From the NCBI GenBank assembly GCA_951406725.2, contig OX597831.1, positions 6,510,001 through 6,574,000 on the forward strand: 64,000 nucleotides of DNA. Reading direction: 5' to 3'. The DNA comes from Octopus vulgaris (taxonomy: Eukaryota). The notes under the pieces were generated by a model. It worked only from the letters and a program-made list of their open reading frames with translations, did no database searches and was not told where the DNA came from. Below are positions 52,588 through 64,000 of the stretch, in pieces. The translations under genes and the position numbers were made by a program. Numbering within the stretch: position 1 is the stretch's first letter; every line of letters begins with the position of its first letter.

Positions 52588-53045
52588 TTCTACTTAATAT
52601 TTCAGACATTAAGTGAAATTATTGATAAACATTTCCAGTCATGTTTCTCTCCAAATATTAACAACACCATGAAACAGAGTTGGAGGAAATTGTTATTAGA
52701 ATTGAATCTTGTGCAAATGGTTATATTTGCTACTGATATTGGTTACACGAAATGAAATGTTAAAATAGCAGCTATGATATTAAACTCTTGTTAGTATTAC
52801 GTATTATGGTTTGATAAAAACATTGAGAGTTTTTATCCAAAAGCCAGTTAGTCTTCTGATAAAGTTGATATTAGATTAAATTTCAGAATTTATTGTTGGG
52901 ATTAATGCAACAGTTTTAAAAACAGAGAAACAGTCAGTTGAAATATTAATCTTGTAGATACCGAGTCTACTAGATTAAGCAGCAGTATTGCTCGTTAAGT
53001 ATTATTGGGGGGTGGGGGACATAAGCACTAATTGGAAGCACTTAC

Positions 53046-53276
53046 TCGTTCATCACTTTCAACTGATTTAGTTTCAGAATAAAATGTCAAATTAACATTT
53101 GACTTAAAGACAGCAGTTGTAGAATGAATATTTTCTGGTTCCAGACCATTTTTTGTATCAATTTTGGATTCTGCATCGACTATTTCGGTTAAATTTTCAG
53201 AGTGACATGATTGAAGCAAGTCAGCGATTTCTTGACTGCTGCCTTCTATAAGATTTTGGTCAAATGGCAGAGAATT
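53046..53276 (-). CDS. CORO2B: Coronin-like unique-region exon (231 nt, phase 0-0)
   Basis: tttactcttcag acceptor and CGA|gtaagt donor; 77 open codons NSLPFDQNLIEG...VESDER. Confidence 0.7.
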
Positions 53277-53829
53277 CTGAAGAGTAAAGATAATCAGTTG
53301 TGTGAATAAATATAAGAATGGACACTAAATATATTCAGCAATAATTTGTCCCAAAGAAACCTTAAATATTTCAACTAAGATTGTGTACACTAAGCAAAAA
53401 CAAAAGAAAAAAATGGAAAACAATTAAAAACGGAATCCAATAATCTTCATTTAACTTGTACAGGTGTCATGTTTGTGTGTTTCACACTCAAAACACACTG
53501 GATAATCTACAATAATATAAATCCCATGAACCCAAATTCTTTACTTTTCACAGACAAAAGATTAAAGATATTAAACCCTAAGGTGTTTTAAAACAAATGG
53601 GATTAACAGTAGAGATTATGACTGAAACGTGATATGACCAAAAGAGTTAAAACAGACTAGGCTACCAACTGTATTAAAGAAAAATACTGCATTCAATGAA
53701 ATTAACACAATCTGTGTGTGTGTGTTTGTGTATCAAGTAAAGGTAATAAACCTGATTAAGGGATCATAAATCCAATGAAAATACTGGTTAGTTACCAATC
53801 TATAGAAAGTTCAACTATAAGGTAATCAT

Positions 53830-54120
53830 GGAGAGGTAATTAATAAAATTATTTATTAATTATAAAATATAACATCTCTGACAGCTGTTTCAATTCAGAA
53901 ATCTTAAGATAATTAATTTATAAAATTGAAATCATTAGAAGATGAATCTCCTCAGAGGTAGTAAGGATATACAGATTAGAAATACACGTTGAAATAATGG
54001 CTATAAAACTGTTAACTCATCTTATAAAGATTGTCATTTTAAAATTAATTATTTAAAGATTTCTGAATCAAAACAGAAATGTTGTCATATTTTATAATTG
54101 ATTTTATTAATTACCTCTCC
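53830..54120. mobile_element. Inverted-repeat Penelope-type element with a hammerhead-like core
   Basis: ~90-bp imperfect inverted arms; minus strand CTGAGGA...GAAA CAGCTG TC. Confidence 0.5.
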
Positions 54121-54549
54121 ACTTTCTCCTTATTCTTAATAAATATATATAAAACATACTACCACCATGTTCTTAATGATGAAATAAACCTCTCTGTCTA
54201 TATATCTACCCTCTTTGTAATGTTGGCAAATGAAATAAGTATAAGAATGTGCATTGTCCGTTTAATTAAAAAATTCTATATGTGGCTGAAGATTGTTCGA
54301 CATTTTAAAACTGATGTAATACTTAGTGTTTAATAAAATGAAGTAGCATGAAACAATTGTACTCCACTACCTTGGATATCCTTGTTGCTTATTTTGATTA
54401 TAATCACATATATACATAAATATATACATACACATAATAACATACATACATACATATATATACACACACATATATACATGTATATATACACACACATATA
54501 TACATGTATATACACACACACACACATATATATATATATACACATATAC

Positions 54550-54580
<31 letters not shown>

Positions 54581-55811
54581 TACATATGTATATACACACA
54601 TATATATACAATATATAATAGTATGAATGTATTATATTAGATGAGGACATTTTTAACTGCTACATCTACAAGTTAAGCATTCTTCTCCTCATTCAAGAAA
54701 ACATCACAAATTCCAGAGAATACACCACACTTTTTGTCTATTTCTGGAGAACTTTTATCATTTCTTCTTTTCCTTGGAATTTTTGAAAACAATTTAAAAA
54801 CAAAAAATAATTTTGCTGTTGCAAGGATTTCTTTTCAAATCTACAATCACTTAGTGGACACCAGTTTTGAACGGAAGAATATTCTTCTACACACCCCAAC
54901 AATTTATGGCAGAGTATTTTCTCAAAAGTTCCAAAGTTTAGATTTTCCTGTATCAATTAAAAAATTCATACAAACACGTAACATTGTAATTGTAGACAAA
55001 AAACAGTTTTCTTCACCAACACGGCCATTAATCATTCTTGGATGAGCTGATCTCAAGAACGGTCATCTGTTATGGCTGTTTTATGGATAATTAGATCATT
55101 AGTTTAAAGAAAAATAATTGTTGATAAAAGATGCATGGCTGAGAGGTTTGTTTCATAATAGCAGGATTCCAACTTTGATCTTTGGACAAGTAACTTCTTC
55201 CATAGCCTTGCGCTGACCCATATCTTGGTGAAGATCAATGGGCAGTATGGAGGCCATTCACACACACACACTCAACATAAGTTTGTACAATAATATCCAG
55301 CTGTATATAAGTTTGCCTAAGTTATCTCCCCTTATGCAAATCCCGATTTGTCATTTTCTGGTGGAGGGGTGGAGGGTTGTCATTTTTTTTTTTTTTAAAT
55401 GACAAACCATTCACTAAGTCTTGCAGTTCTGGCATTCCTATCAATAAAATCCTCTGAAGGTAGAATTACAGAAAATGGTTGTAATACAAGGGTTGAAACT
55501 AGTAAAAGAATTCTAATATCTAATGTTAACAAAATTGATTGCAAATATTTACTGAACATTAATCTCACTAAATAAACAAAACATAAACCCATTTTATGAA
55601 AACCTTCATTTCTAAATGCATCGATCAGCTTTTCTCACTTTTAATGGCAACTGTTCAATCATGTCAACCACATCATCAACACCTTCAATTCCTTTGCCTT
55701 CTGCTTCGGCCATTCCCAACTCCTTTTCATTGTAAATCTCAAGGCCTTCTTTTTACATATGTATATATAGTCAGGAGGCAGGAGAGGTGAATATATTTAT
55801 TTAACCACTTG

Positions 55812-56044
55812 GAGGCGGCGAGCTGGCAGAATCGTTAGCACGCTGGGCGAAATGCTTAGCGGTATTTCATCTGTCGTTACGTTCTGATTTCAAATCCCGC
55901 CGAGGTCGACTTTGCCTTTCATTCTCTCGGGGTCGATAAATAAAGTACCAGTTTCGCACTGGGTCGATGTAATCGACTTAATCCCTTTGTCTGTCCTTGT
56001 TTGTCCCCTCTATGTTTAGCCCCTTGTGGGTAGTAAAGAAATAT
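55812..56044 (+). mobile_element. SINE family B, full monomer
   Basis: tRNA-like head ggcggcgagctggcagaatcg; 21-bp TSD atatatttatttaaccacttg. Confidence 0.9.
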
Positions 56045-56491
56045 ATATATTTATTTAACCACTTGTTATCCATAGGATTATGGATTGAACAGCTATTATT
56101 ATTATTATTAAATCTTTCTTGCTAATGTCATCTTAAATGCCTAGATTTTTTGCAGTTTAAAACTAAATGCATGAATATATTGACACCCTATAGATTAATC
56201 ACATCACATCCAGTCGGATACTCAGTCAAATTCAATACCGTCCATGCTTATTAGCAAATAGAAATAAATATTTTTAAAAATTGATGCATGCACACACACA
56301 CACACACACACGTGCCTCAAATGAACTGAAGCAAAATATTTCAGTTCAATCCAAAGTCATAAATGCAATGAATGGTTTAGTGAAAAGATAAAAATATCAA
56401 TTCAGGTTGTTTTACTCAAATTCTTCATTTCTAATCGTTTGTATTTAATGAGTGGATCATCAAAGGAATGGAGTTACCCATTCTTACTTAC

Positions 56492-56753
56492 ATCGACAGG
56501 TGACGATGAAACAATCCCATTTGATGTGACATCATCAGCAGAACTAGAATTAGACGACGGAGCCCAAGACTTCCTCATCACTTTTTCAGGGGTTTTGTTA
56601 ACAGATTCCTTGGCTGTTGACACATCACCTTCCCCATGGTTTTCAATAGTACAGGTGTTATTCGCAGGATCACTGGAAAATAAGGTTTCATCTTGTAAAG
56701 AAAATGAAACTATTGAAGAGAAGCAATGGGATGTTCTGTTCGATTTAGACAAA
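56492..56753 (-). CDS. CORO2B: Coronin-like unique-region exon (262 nt, phase 2-0)
   Basis: ttttcactccag acceptor and GAT|gtaagt donor; S/T/D/E-rich open frame whose phase fits both neighbouring exons. Confidence 0.7.
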
Positions 56754-56859
56754 CTGGAGTGAAAATAATGAAAAATGGTCTGAAAGCCACAAAAACAGCT
56801 CTTCTTTCCTAGGTACTCCTTAATTAAGAAAGTTATGGATTTCTCAAAATAAGCAGGCC

Positions 56860-57240
56860 TTCGTGCCAATGGCATGTTTAAGCACACCATTTGAGCATGA
56901 TTGTTACCGCATCGCCTTACTAGCACTTGTGCTGGTGGCATGTGAAATATTCGAGCGAGGTCGTCGCCAGTGCTGCTGTACTGGCTCCTGTGCAGGTGGC
57001 ACGTATAAAGCACCATTTGGGCATGGTCATTGCCAGTACCACCAAACTGGACCTCGTGCCGGTGGCACGTAAAAGCACCCACTACACTATCGGAGTGGTT
57101 GGTGTTAGGAAGGGCATCCAGCTGTAGAAACTCTGCCAGATCAAGATTGGAGCTTGGTGCAGCCATCTGGTTCGCCAGCCTTCAGTCATTCGTCCAACCC
57201 ATGCTAGCATGGAAAGCGGATGTTAAACGATGATGATGAT
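56860..57240 (+). mobile_element. (GAT)n-tailed RTE-related repeat
   Basis: Family consensus. Confidence 0.8.
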
Positions 57241-58167
57241 ACTATAAACATGACTTTAAAATATCAACCATTCAAAAGCTGACCAGCAGTAAACAGCCAT
57301 CCAGGGCCCCATGGCAGATTTCATTAACACGGAATCATCAAAATGCTTTTTTTAGGATAATTGTAGATTAGTAACGGATTACTAATAAACGCATACTTAG
57401 TATTTTATTGACAGATATTAACTGTCTGTGATAAGCCAGTTTATCAGGCCATTCACAATAATTGTTACACTTCCTGGTATTTTGAAACATTTAAAAACAG
57501 GTTTCTTGGAAATGTTGAAATTGTCACTTTTTCAGAAGCGGCAGGATTTCTTGTGAAAAATGTCCAAACATTGACTCACAATCAATTCTGTTGTGAAATA
57601 TGACCAGGAAGTTTTATATAATGTACATAGCATCAAACCTACTTCTTTAATGGCAGTTCTGGATGTCATCTAAAACACTCACATATCCAAGCAGGCCACG
57701 GTGGCATCTAAACCAACAAGTGACATGTGACACTCATGAACAGACAACTTTTCTTGTCTTACCATAAATGGGCAGAGGAGATTTTGTAGAAATTCTATTT
57801 CACCAAGTTCCTCAAGCACAAGAATCCACTGCAAAGCAGTTGGATTAGAAAGTTTATATTCATTTTAAAGAAAGCAAATGAAACTATTTGGCTTTGAGAC
57901 AAGTCTAGCAAAATATTAAAAATGCTTGAATCAAATATTAACAAACATGTTCAAGACATAAGTATTTGAACATTAAAATCTGGTGAAAGTGGATCAACTA
58001 CAATCAAAAGAAAAGCACAATAAAAAGGGGAAAAGATGAACTTTTGATCAATACACATAACATTTTCATTCCATTTTCTTAGAAAAAATTCATGGTTTTT
58101 TTCTTTTCCATTTCAAAATGATTCAAACTCAATTTGAGTTTGGCATTTAAAAATTAAAGTAAGTTAC

Positions 58168-58358
58168 CTTGATAAAGTAACAAATTCATCATTAGAGCTA
58201 AGTCTTTTTATGTTTTTCAGAGATGCCGGTTCCTTATTAATTTCTGTGTTAACACTAGGAGGAACCTGAGCTGTAGGTAATGTAGACGAACGCGCCAATG
58301 GAGGACGGTTGACAGCCTTGAAAGTGGTGATGGTCGGGGTTTGCTTTAAGGCTCCATC
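58168..58358 (-). CDS. CORO2B: Coronin-like exon (191 nt, phase 0-2)
   Basis: cctttctttttag acceptor and AG|gtaact donor; DGALKQTPTITTFKAVNRPP...; a DG start fits the coronin ..SLK-DG motif. Confidence 0.75.
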
Positions 58359-60406
58359 CTAAAAAGAAAGGATTGGGTTTAGTCAAGAAATAATGGCTAG
58401 AAAAATTACAGAAGACAAATGAAAAAATGGCAAATTATCTAAATAATAAATACAATAATTAGATCATAAATGAAATCTCTTTATAATAATTAAATCATTA
58501 AAATATCAACTAGGCAGTAATTAGTAAGTCATTCACTACTTTATTTAGAAACAAAATAACAACTGCATTTCAGGGTCTCAAAACTTCATTGGCAAAAAAA
58601 GGCAAAAACAAATCATAAATGGAGTAAGTAAAATGGTATTTCAATCTGCTGATGGGAGAAATTTACAAAATATTGGATTTAAAGAGGTAAAAGTTCTTAG
58701 GAAAAGGTTGCAAAGCCTTTCCTAAAAAGCAAAGAGTCCATTCCATGGAGCTAGAGAAGATAGGGGCAATAGTGCCAGATGTAGACAATTTGTTGTGAGC
58801 CACACACCAGTTTGGTCACAAATAGTGAAAAAAGTTTGTGTAATCTAAAAAGATTCCAATCTTGGAGATTTATAACTCTCTGACTCTGGATAAACATTGG
58901 TACATACATAGAAATACCAAGTTTGGATAGGTGCTACTTTGAAGGTTAATGTTAGAGGTGACCTATAAGGAATTTTACAATAGGGAGCAAAGATAGTTGA
59001 TGGGGGAGGCTGAAAGGAATTTCAGATTTGATTTCACATTAAAATTCCAACTTGAACCTATTAACAAACATACCAATAACTTGTAAGAGCACCGTGCTAG
59101 ATCATCTCTGGTAAGTTCACCATTTTTTACCTCAATAAAATAGTCTTTAACTATTAATGGTGAGATACCATGGGTATATTTTCTCAGTAAACTTTCCTTG
59201 CAGTGAATTGATGGCAGTAGTCATGCTAGATATGTGAGCAAATTAGAGCAATTTCCCACTAAATTTGAATTAATAAAAACCATAATGAAAGTATGTAAGG
59301 AAGAAGAGACTGAAAGTAACAAAGGTCTGGAGGGGGGGCGGGCTTATGATTATCTGCATCACCTTCAAAATGTTGGAGAAGAAAATGTTCAAAGTTGGCC
59401 ATGTTAGAGTTTGCCATTCTTGTACAACATAATCTATTTCTGTAGATTAGTAAAGAGAAAGATTGAAACTATGTCAAGAACAGCAGCCAGCTCTGGTGTT
59501 TACCATTTGAGAGCAATGGAAGGTTGAAGTCATTGGGAGACCTTGAGAGAGCGAGCAAGAGAGAAAGTATGTGTGTGTGTGTGTGTTTATTAATAAGTGA
59601 AGCCAAAGAGACAAAGTTGGCCGTACAAACACCTATGACACGGATTTCTAATCCTGGTTACTTACAGGTGACTCTATACACTTTGAAATTGAAGGTGTAT
59701 TGAGCACTTTTATGCCTTCTGTACAACAAACAAAATCAATATACATATATGCCGTTGATTAAATACAACCAATAAGCTAATTACACAACAAATCTGCCCA
59801 ATTCAATCAAAACGGTCTCTTGTGAAGATAACAACAAGAAGAAGCATAACAATGTATTTATTTTCCATATTTTAGGAGTGAAATAAATATTCAAATGAGA
59901 AGCACTTCTTAGAGTCAAGCAAAAAAAGCTATCAAATAATCTGATGAACAAAAGAAGCAGGTTAATAGAAGCAGAACAACAAAGAAATGTGACACAGATG
60001 TTAGACAAGAATTAGATTTGGAAACGAAAACAGTAACGGGAATTGGTAGAATATCAACGAAGGCCATGATTAAAATAGTTTGGCAGGAAAATTATAAGAG
60101 GAAAAGAGTTTTATTTGTTTCAGATCAGAAAATTATTAAAACAAGTCAAAATGGTCATGCGACAGAGTTAAAGATTTATAAGGAATTTGGTTATTAGATG
60201 AAATCTCACAAAGGAAATTTATAAAAGCAATATGTTATTATTGTGCATTAGCAGAGAAGATAGATCAGGGATTAGTCAAAAGAGTGGGTGGGGGGTGGGG
60301 GGGTATATATGTATTTTTTTCCCTAGAGACAACATTAATTGAATCTGTTTACCTAAGTAAAATGTTGCTGTAAGTTTATTATAAACAAGAAAAGCTATTT
60401 TTTTTT

Positions 60407-60645
60407 CCACTGGCACATGTAAAAAGATTCGAGTGAGGTCGTTGCCAGTACCGCCTGACTGGCCCCCGTGCCGGTGGCACATAAAAAGCACCCACTACAC
60501 TCACGGAGTGGTTGGCATTAGGAAGGGCATCCAGCTGTAGAAACTCTGCCAGATCAAGATTGGAGCCTGGTGCGGCCGTCTGGTTTGCCAGCCCTCAGTC
60601 AAAATCGTCCAACCCATGCTAGCATGGAAAGCGGACGTTAAACGA
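60407..60645 (+). mobile_element. (GAT)n-family repeat lacking the tail
   Basis: Family consensus up to gttaaacga. Confidence 0.8.
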
Positions 60646-62268
60646 ACAGTAAGCATTGCTTCTGTAGATTAATTTCCAGATGGAGAAAGATTTTTATCTT
60701 TTAACTTCTTAAAGTTTATTAACAAACACCCACAGCTTTGGATTAACTAAATCCAGAAGTATAATAGGAGAAATTTGCTGACTTCCATAATCCAATCAAT
60801 TCATGATTAGGTAATTAGTTTCTTTGAAGAAGTCTTGGAATCTTAAACCAATCAGTTTGTTGGCTGTTTACACCTGAGATCAGTGATTATTCCAATTACA
60901 TTTAGATTAGCATTCAATTGAAACAAGACAAATCGATTGCCTAGGAATAAATCCAGCCCAAGGAAAATGCCGATATGACTCCTGAAGACAATCAGATGAA
61001 GTTAACAGCATCATCAATCTTTATTACTGAAGACAGCTGTCTTGAAACAAAGTCTCTACAACAGATCCATTCTTTCTCTATATTGTGTTTACCATTTTAT
61101 TTGTATTCAAAGGAAATCCCTTGAAACTGAAATTCTGATGATTTCTGCAAGTTGTCATTTTTATTAGACATTTTTGAAACTCATTTTGATTAGGGTTTAT
61201 AGGAATTCAGTGGAAAAACTAAGGGAATCAAATTCCATTTTATGCTATTCTGGTTCATAGTTTTAATATTTTGAAATCCTACTGAAATCAGGTCAGGATT
61301 TCATTTGTTGTAGATTGAGAGTAACAGGACGACATTTTGCAAATGGAGTCAGAATAGTTTCTTTTTTAAATTTTAATTTAACTTTTATTAGTGACTAGCT
61401 TAAAAGTCGCACTCCATGCAGACTTTTAAAGCTAGCTCCAGCAGAGGGCTAATTGGGCCTCAGCCCAAAACCAACAAGACCTAATTAGCATGACTATAAT
61501 ACATGTATAATAACTAAATGCCCCAGTGGTGTTTGTTCAGAGGTTAAGGACCGATGAGAATTAATTCTGTATTGGAATCGTTCTATTGTTCCTGTCCCAA
61601 GTTAATTCCAATTGTTTGCCAACTTGTCCCAAAGTTCTTATACTGACTTGAAATTAATGAACCAAATGTCATTTTTCCCTCCCTTGACCTCTAACATCAT
61701 CTGACAAATGCCAACCAAGATGGCGTGAATCAGCCAAGCTTTACCTGCTAGAAATAGCAACCCAAATGCTTTTAAATCAGATCCCAATACTGGATATTCA
61801 AGAACCAAATGAAGGACAGATTTTCAATTGCAGGATCATCCTGATTCCAAAAAGGTATAATATGTCTATGCAGAGCACAGGTAGACTAAGATACAGAGGT
61901 CTTGGACAAACAGACAGAATTTCGTGTTTATTATTATAGAAATATAATTTCTTTGTTTCGTATATTTTTTTTGTTTTCACAAATATTTTCAAATATACAA
62001 AGAATATTTAAAACCAACAGCTGAACACTAGAAATATTTCATGAAAGCAGATTGGATTTTAAAAGGAACTAAAACCTAACAAAAACAATTATTTTTTAAA
62101 TGTTCAAAAGGAATTCTATAAAACAGAATGAAACAACCAAATAGATTTGATTCTGTAAAACGATGATACAAATATTAAATTATTGAGAAGAGAGAATGTT
62201 ATTGGCGGTATTAAAGAGAATGTTATTAAAAGCAACAAACTATGATACAATGAGAATGGACTATTTAC

Positions 62269-62325
62269 CTGTTTTTGAACAGCTTTGGCAGATGTAATTG
62301 GAGGGCAATTGGTCATTTGACCATC
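62269..62325 (-). CDS. CORO2B: Coronin-like alternative exon (57 nt, phase 0-0)
   Basis: ttttttccccacctaag acceptor (AAG type) and CAG|gtaaat donor; DGQMTNCPPITSAKAVQKQ is paralogous to the start of exon 58168-58358. Confidence 0.6.
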
Positions 62326-62626
62326 CTTAGGTGGGGAAAAAATAAATAAAATAAAATATACTAAATCCAGCTTAACAAATGATATTGAACACAGAAAAAA
62401 AAATATTTTAATGTGGATTTGATTTTCATGAATTCTAGGGAAATATTTACATATAACAACATTCAGATTGTTTTTAATCTTTAAACATTTAGTGTCAAAT
62501 TTCAATTTTTAGTCAACAGAATTCAAATACTGAGGTTTTATCACTTTAATACCTCTCTCTTTCTCAACAATAGTCATGATATTTTTTCCCTTGCAAATGA
62601 ATCCAGTTTGTTTCCCAGCTCCTTAA

Positions 62627-62848
62627 CCCTTTTGTTACCATATTTATTTTGAGATGCTCTGTGTTTCTTTCAATTAATTCTAAATACAACAAAGAATTTA
62701 GTAAAATAACTTCATTATCATTAAGCTAGTGTTAGGAACATAAATTGTGACTAAGGTTTGGTGGAAGATTTTTATTCAAAACTTATGAAAACAAAATATT
62801 TGTACTGCAGAGCCAGAGGTGGTTTCAGCCGGGTTGGTAACAAAAGTG
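62627..62848 (-). mobile_element. piggyBac-like MITE
   Basis: TTAA at both flanks; reverse copy of 36519-36739. Confidence 0.75.
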
Positions 62849-63044
62849 TTAAAAAGTCATCAATGATATCTCAAAGATGTTATTCGAACACCGTTTATAT
62901 GTTCTTCAGTTTTTTTAATCTCTTTTATAGATTCTTTAACCAGAACCTTTGTTGTTTCAAATTCTTTCTACTTACCTTTATTGAAACCAAAACAGACACC
63001 ATTCATATCCATTGCAAACCTTTTTCAACATTCAACCAGGGACA

Positions 63045-63400
63045 CACATAGTTGTGTAGTTAAGAGGTTTGCTTCACAACCAGGTGATTCTAGGTTCAAT
63101 CCCACTACATAGCACCTCGGGCAGCAAAGGGTCGTCTGCCATAGTCTCAGCCGACCAATGTTTTAGGAGTAAAATTTGCCAGACCGACATCATGCAGAAG
63201 CTGGTCGTGTGTGTCGTGTGTGTGGTGTGTGTTGTGTGCGTGTGTTGTGTGTGTGTGTTGGCAATGTGTAGTCAAACAAAAGGATACCTTGTGGTGTTTA
63301 GCCTGAGTTACCAAGGCAGATTGATAAAACACAAAACAAAATCAAGCAAAACTCTTAAAGATAGTGCCCCAGTATGGGCACAAACTGACATCAATAAAAA
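63045..63400 (+). mobile_element. Diverged SINE family A
   Basis: tRNA-like head (gttgtgtagttaagagg...ggttcaatccc) and a decayed body. Confidence 0.55.
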
Positions 63401-64000
63401 CAAAAGAGCAACTCCCTAATGCCAATGTTGTGTGATGCCCTTAATGTAAGAAGAGGTTTTGTTTTTGTTTTTTCCATATTAAAAACAATCTAATTTAAGT
63501 TTCTTCAAAACATAACTGAAAAAAATATTAAACTGGTTTATCAAAAGATAAATCTAAAATCTTTAGATATTTGCTAAAAATCCTTTTTTTCATTTTCCTT
63601 GTTTTCAAAAAATAGTCTAAATTTGAATAAGAGACACAAAACCGTAAGAATTTTATTTCATTGAAATGCTTCAGTTGTAGAAATACTTTAGAACAAGATT
63701 TTCTAACGAATGCTTTTTTTTGTCAATTGTCAGATCCAGGTTTGCTTTTTTTTTTTATTTTCAATTTGTACAATTGCAAACTAAAGACCAGTTGCAATTA
63801 CATAATTAACATAATTATGGGGATGGCTAATTAATGCTAGATCTGACATTCCTGACAATAAAGCAATCAAGTAATTTAGGAATGAAGAGGAAACGTGCCA
63901 AATGTTTCTATCAAAAGAAACCGAATTTGTCAACGAATTAAACTGGAGGTGTCACATGCAATTACTATGGCAACAGGCAAGTACATCTAAGTATAATATA

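Noticed and set aside
56754-57166. 5' part of the 230-aa ORF
   Set aside because: Intron and repeat sequence; only 56492-56753 has exon signals.
59666-59718. Possible 53-nt exon with gtaagt donor
   Set aside because: Stop in phase 0; it needs a phase-1 upstream exon that was not found.

Overview
AT-rich, repeat-dense animal genomic DNA. The SINE, RTE and CR1 families look like those of octopus (inference). There are no prokaryotic operons, CRISPR arrays, rRNA or intact tRNA genes. Nearly all ORFs in the supplied track come from microsatellites or transposon remnants. One host gene is supported: the 3' part of a type II coronin (CORO2A/2B-like) on the minus strand, 62.3 kb to 39.26 kb. Its WD40 exons lie beyond the window end. 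It has two apparently duplicated 'DG...P.IT..KAV' exons, two 21-nt microexons and a terminal coiled-coil exon. The rest is a mosaic of tRNA-derived SINEs, a (GAT)n-tailed RTE-related family, RTE/CR1 LINE fragments, Tc1/mariner/pogo/hAT/piggyBac remnants, non-autonomous Helitrons and mini/microsatellites. The most notable signal is a dispersed ~204-bp tail-less element carrying a minimal type-I hammerhead ribozyme with a swapped G3-C8 core, alongside other hammerhead-like Penelope-type repeats. Also notable are templated insertions that preserve pre-insertion alleles. All calls were read by eye; no database search was run.
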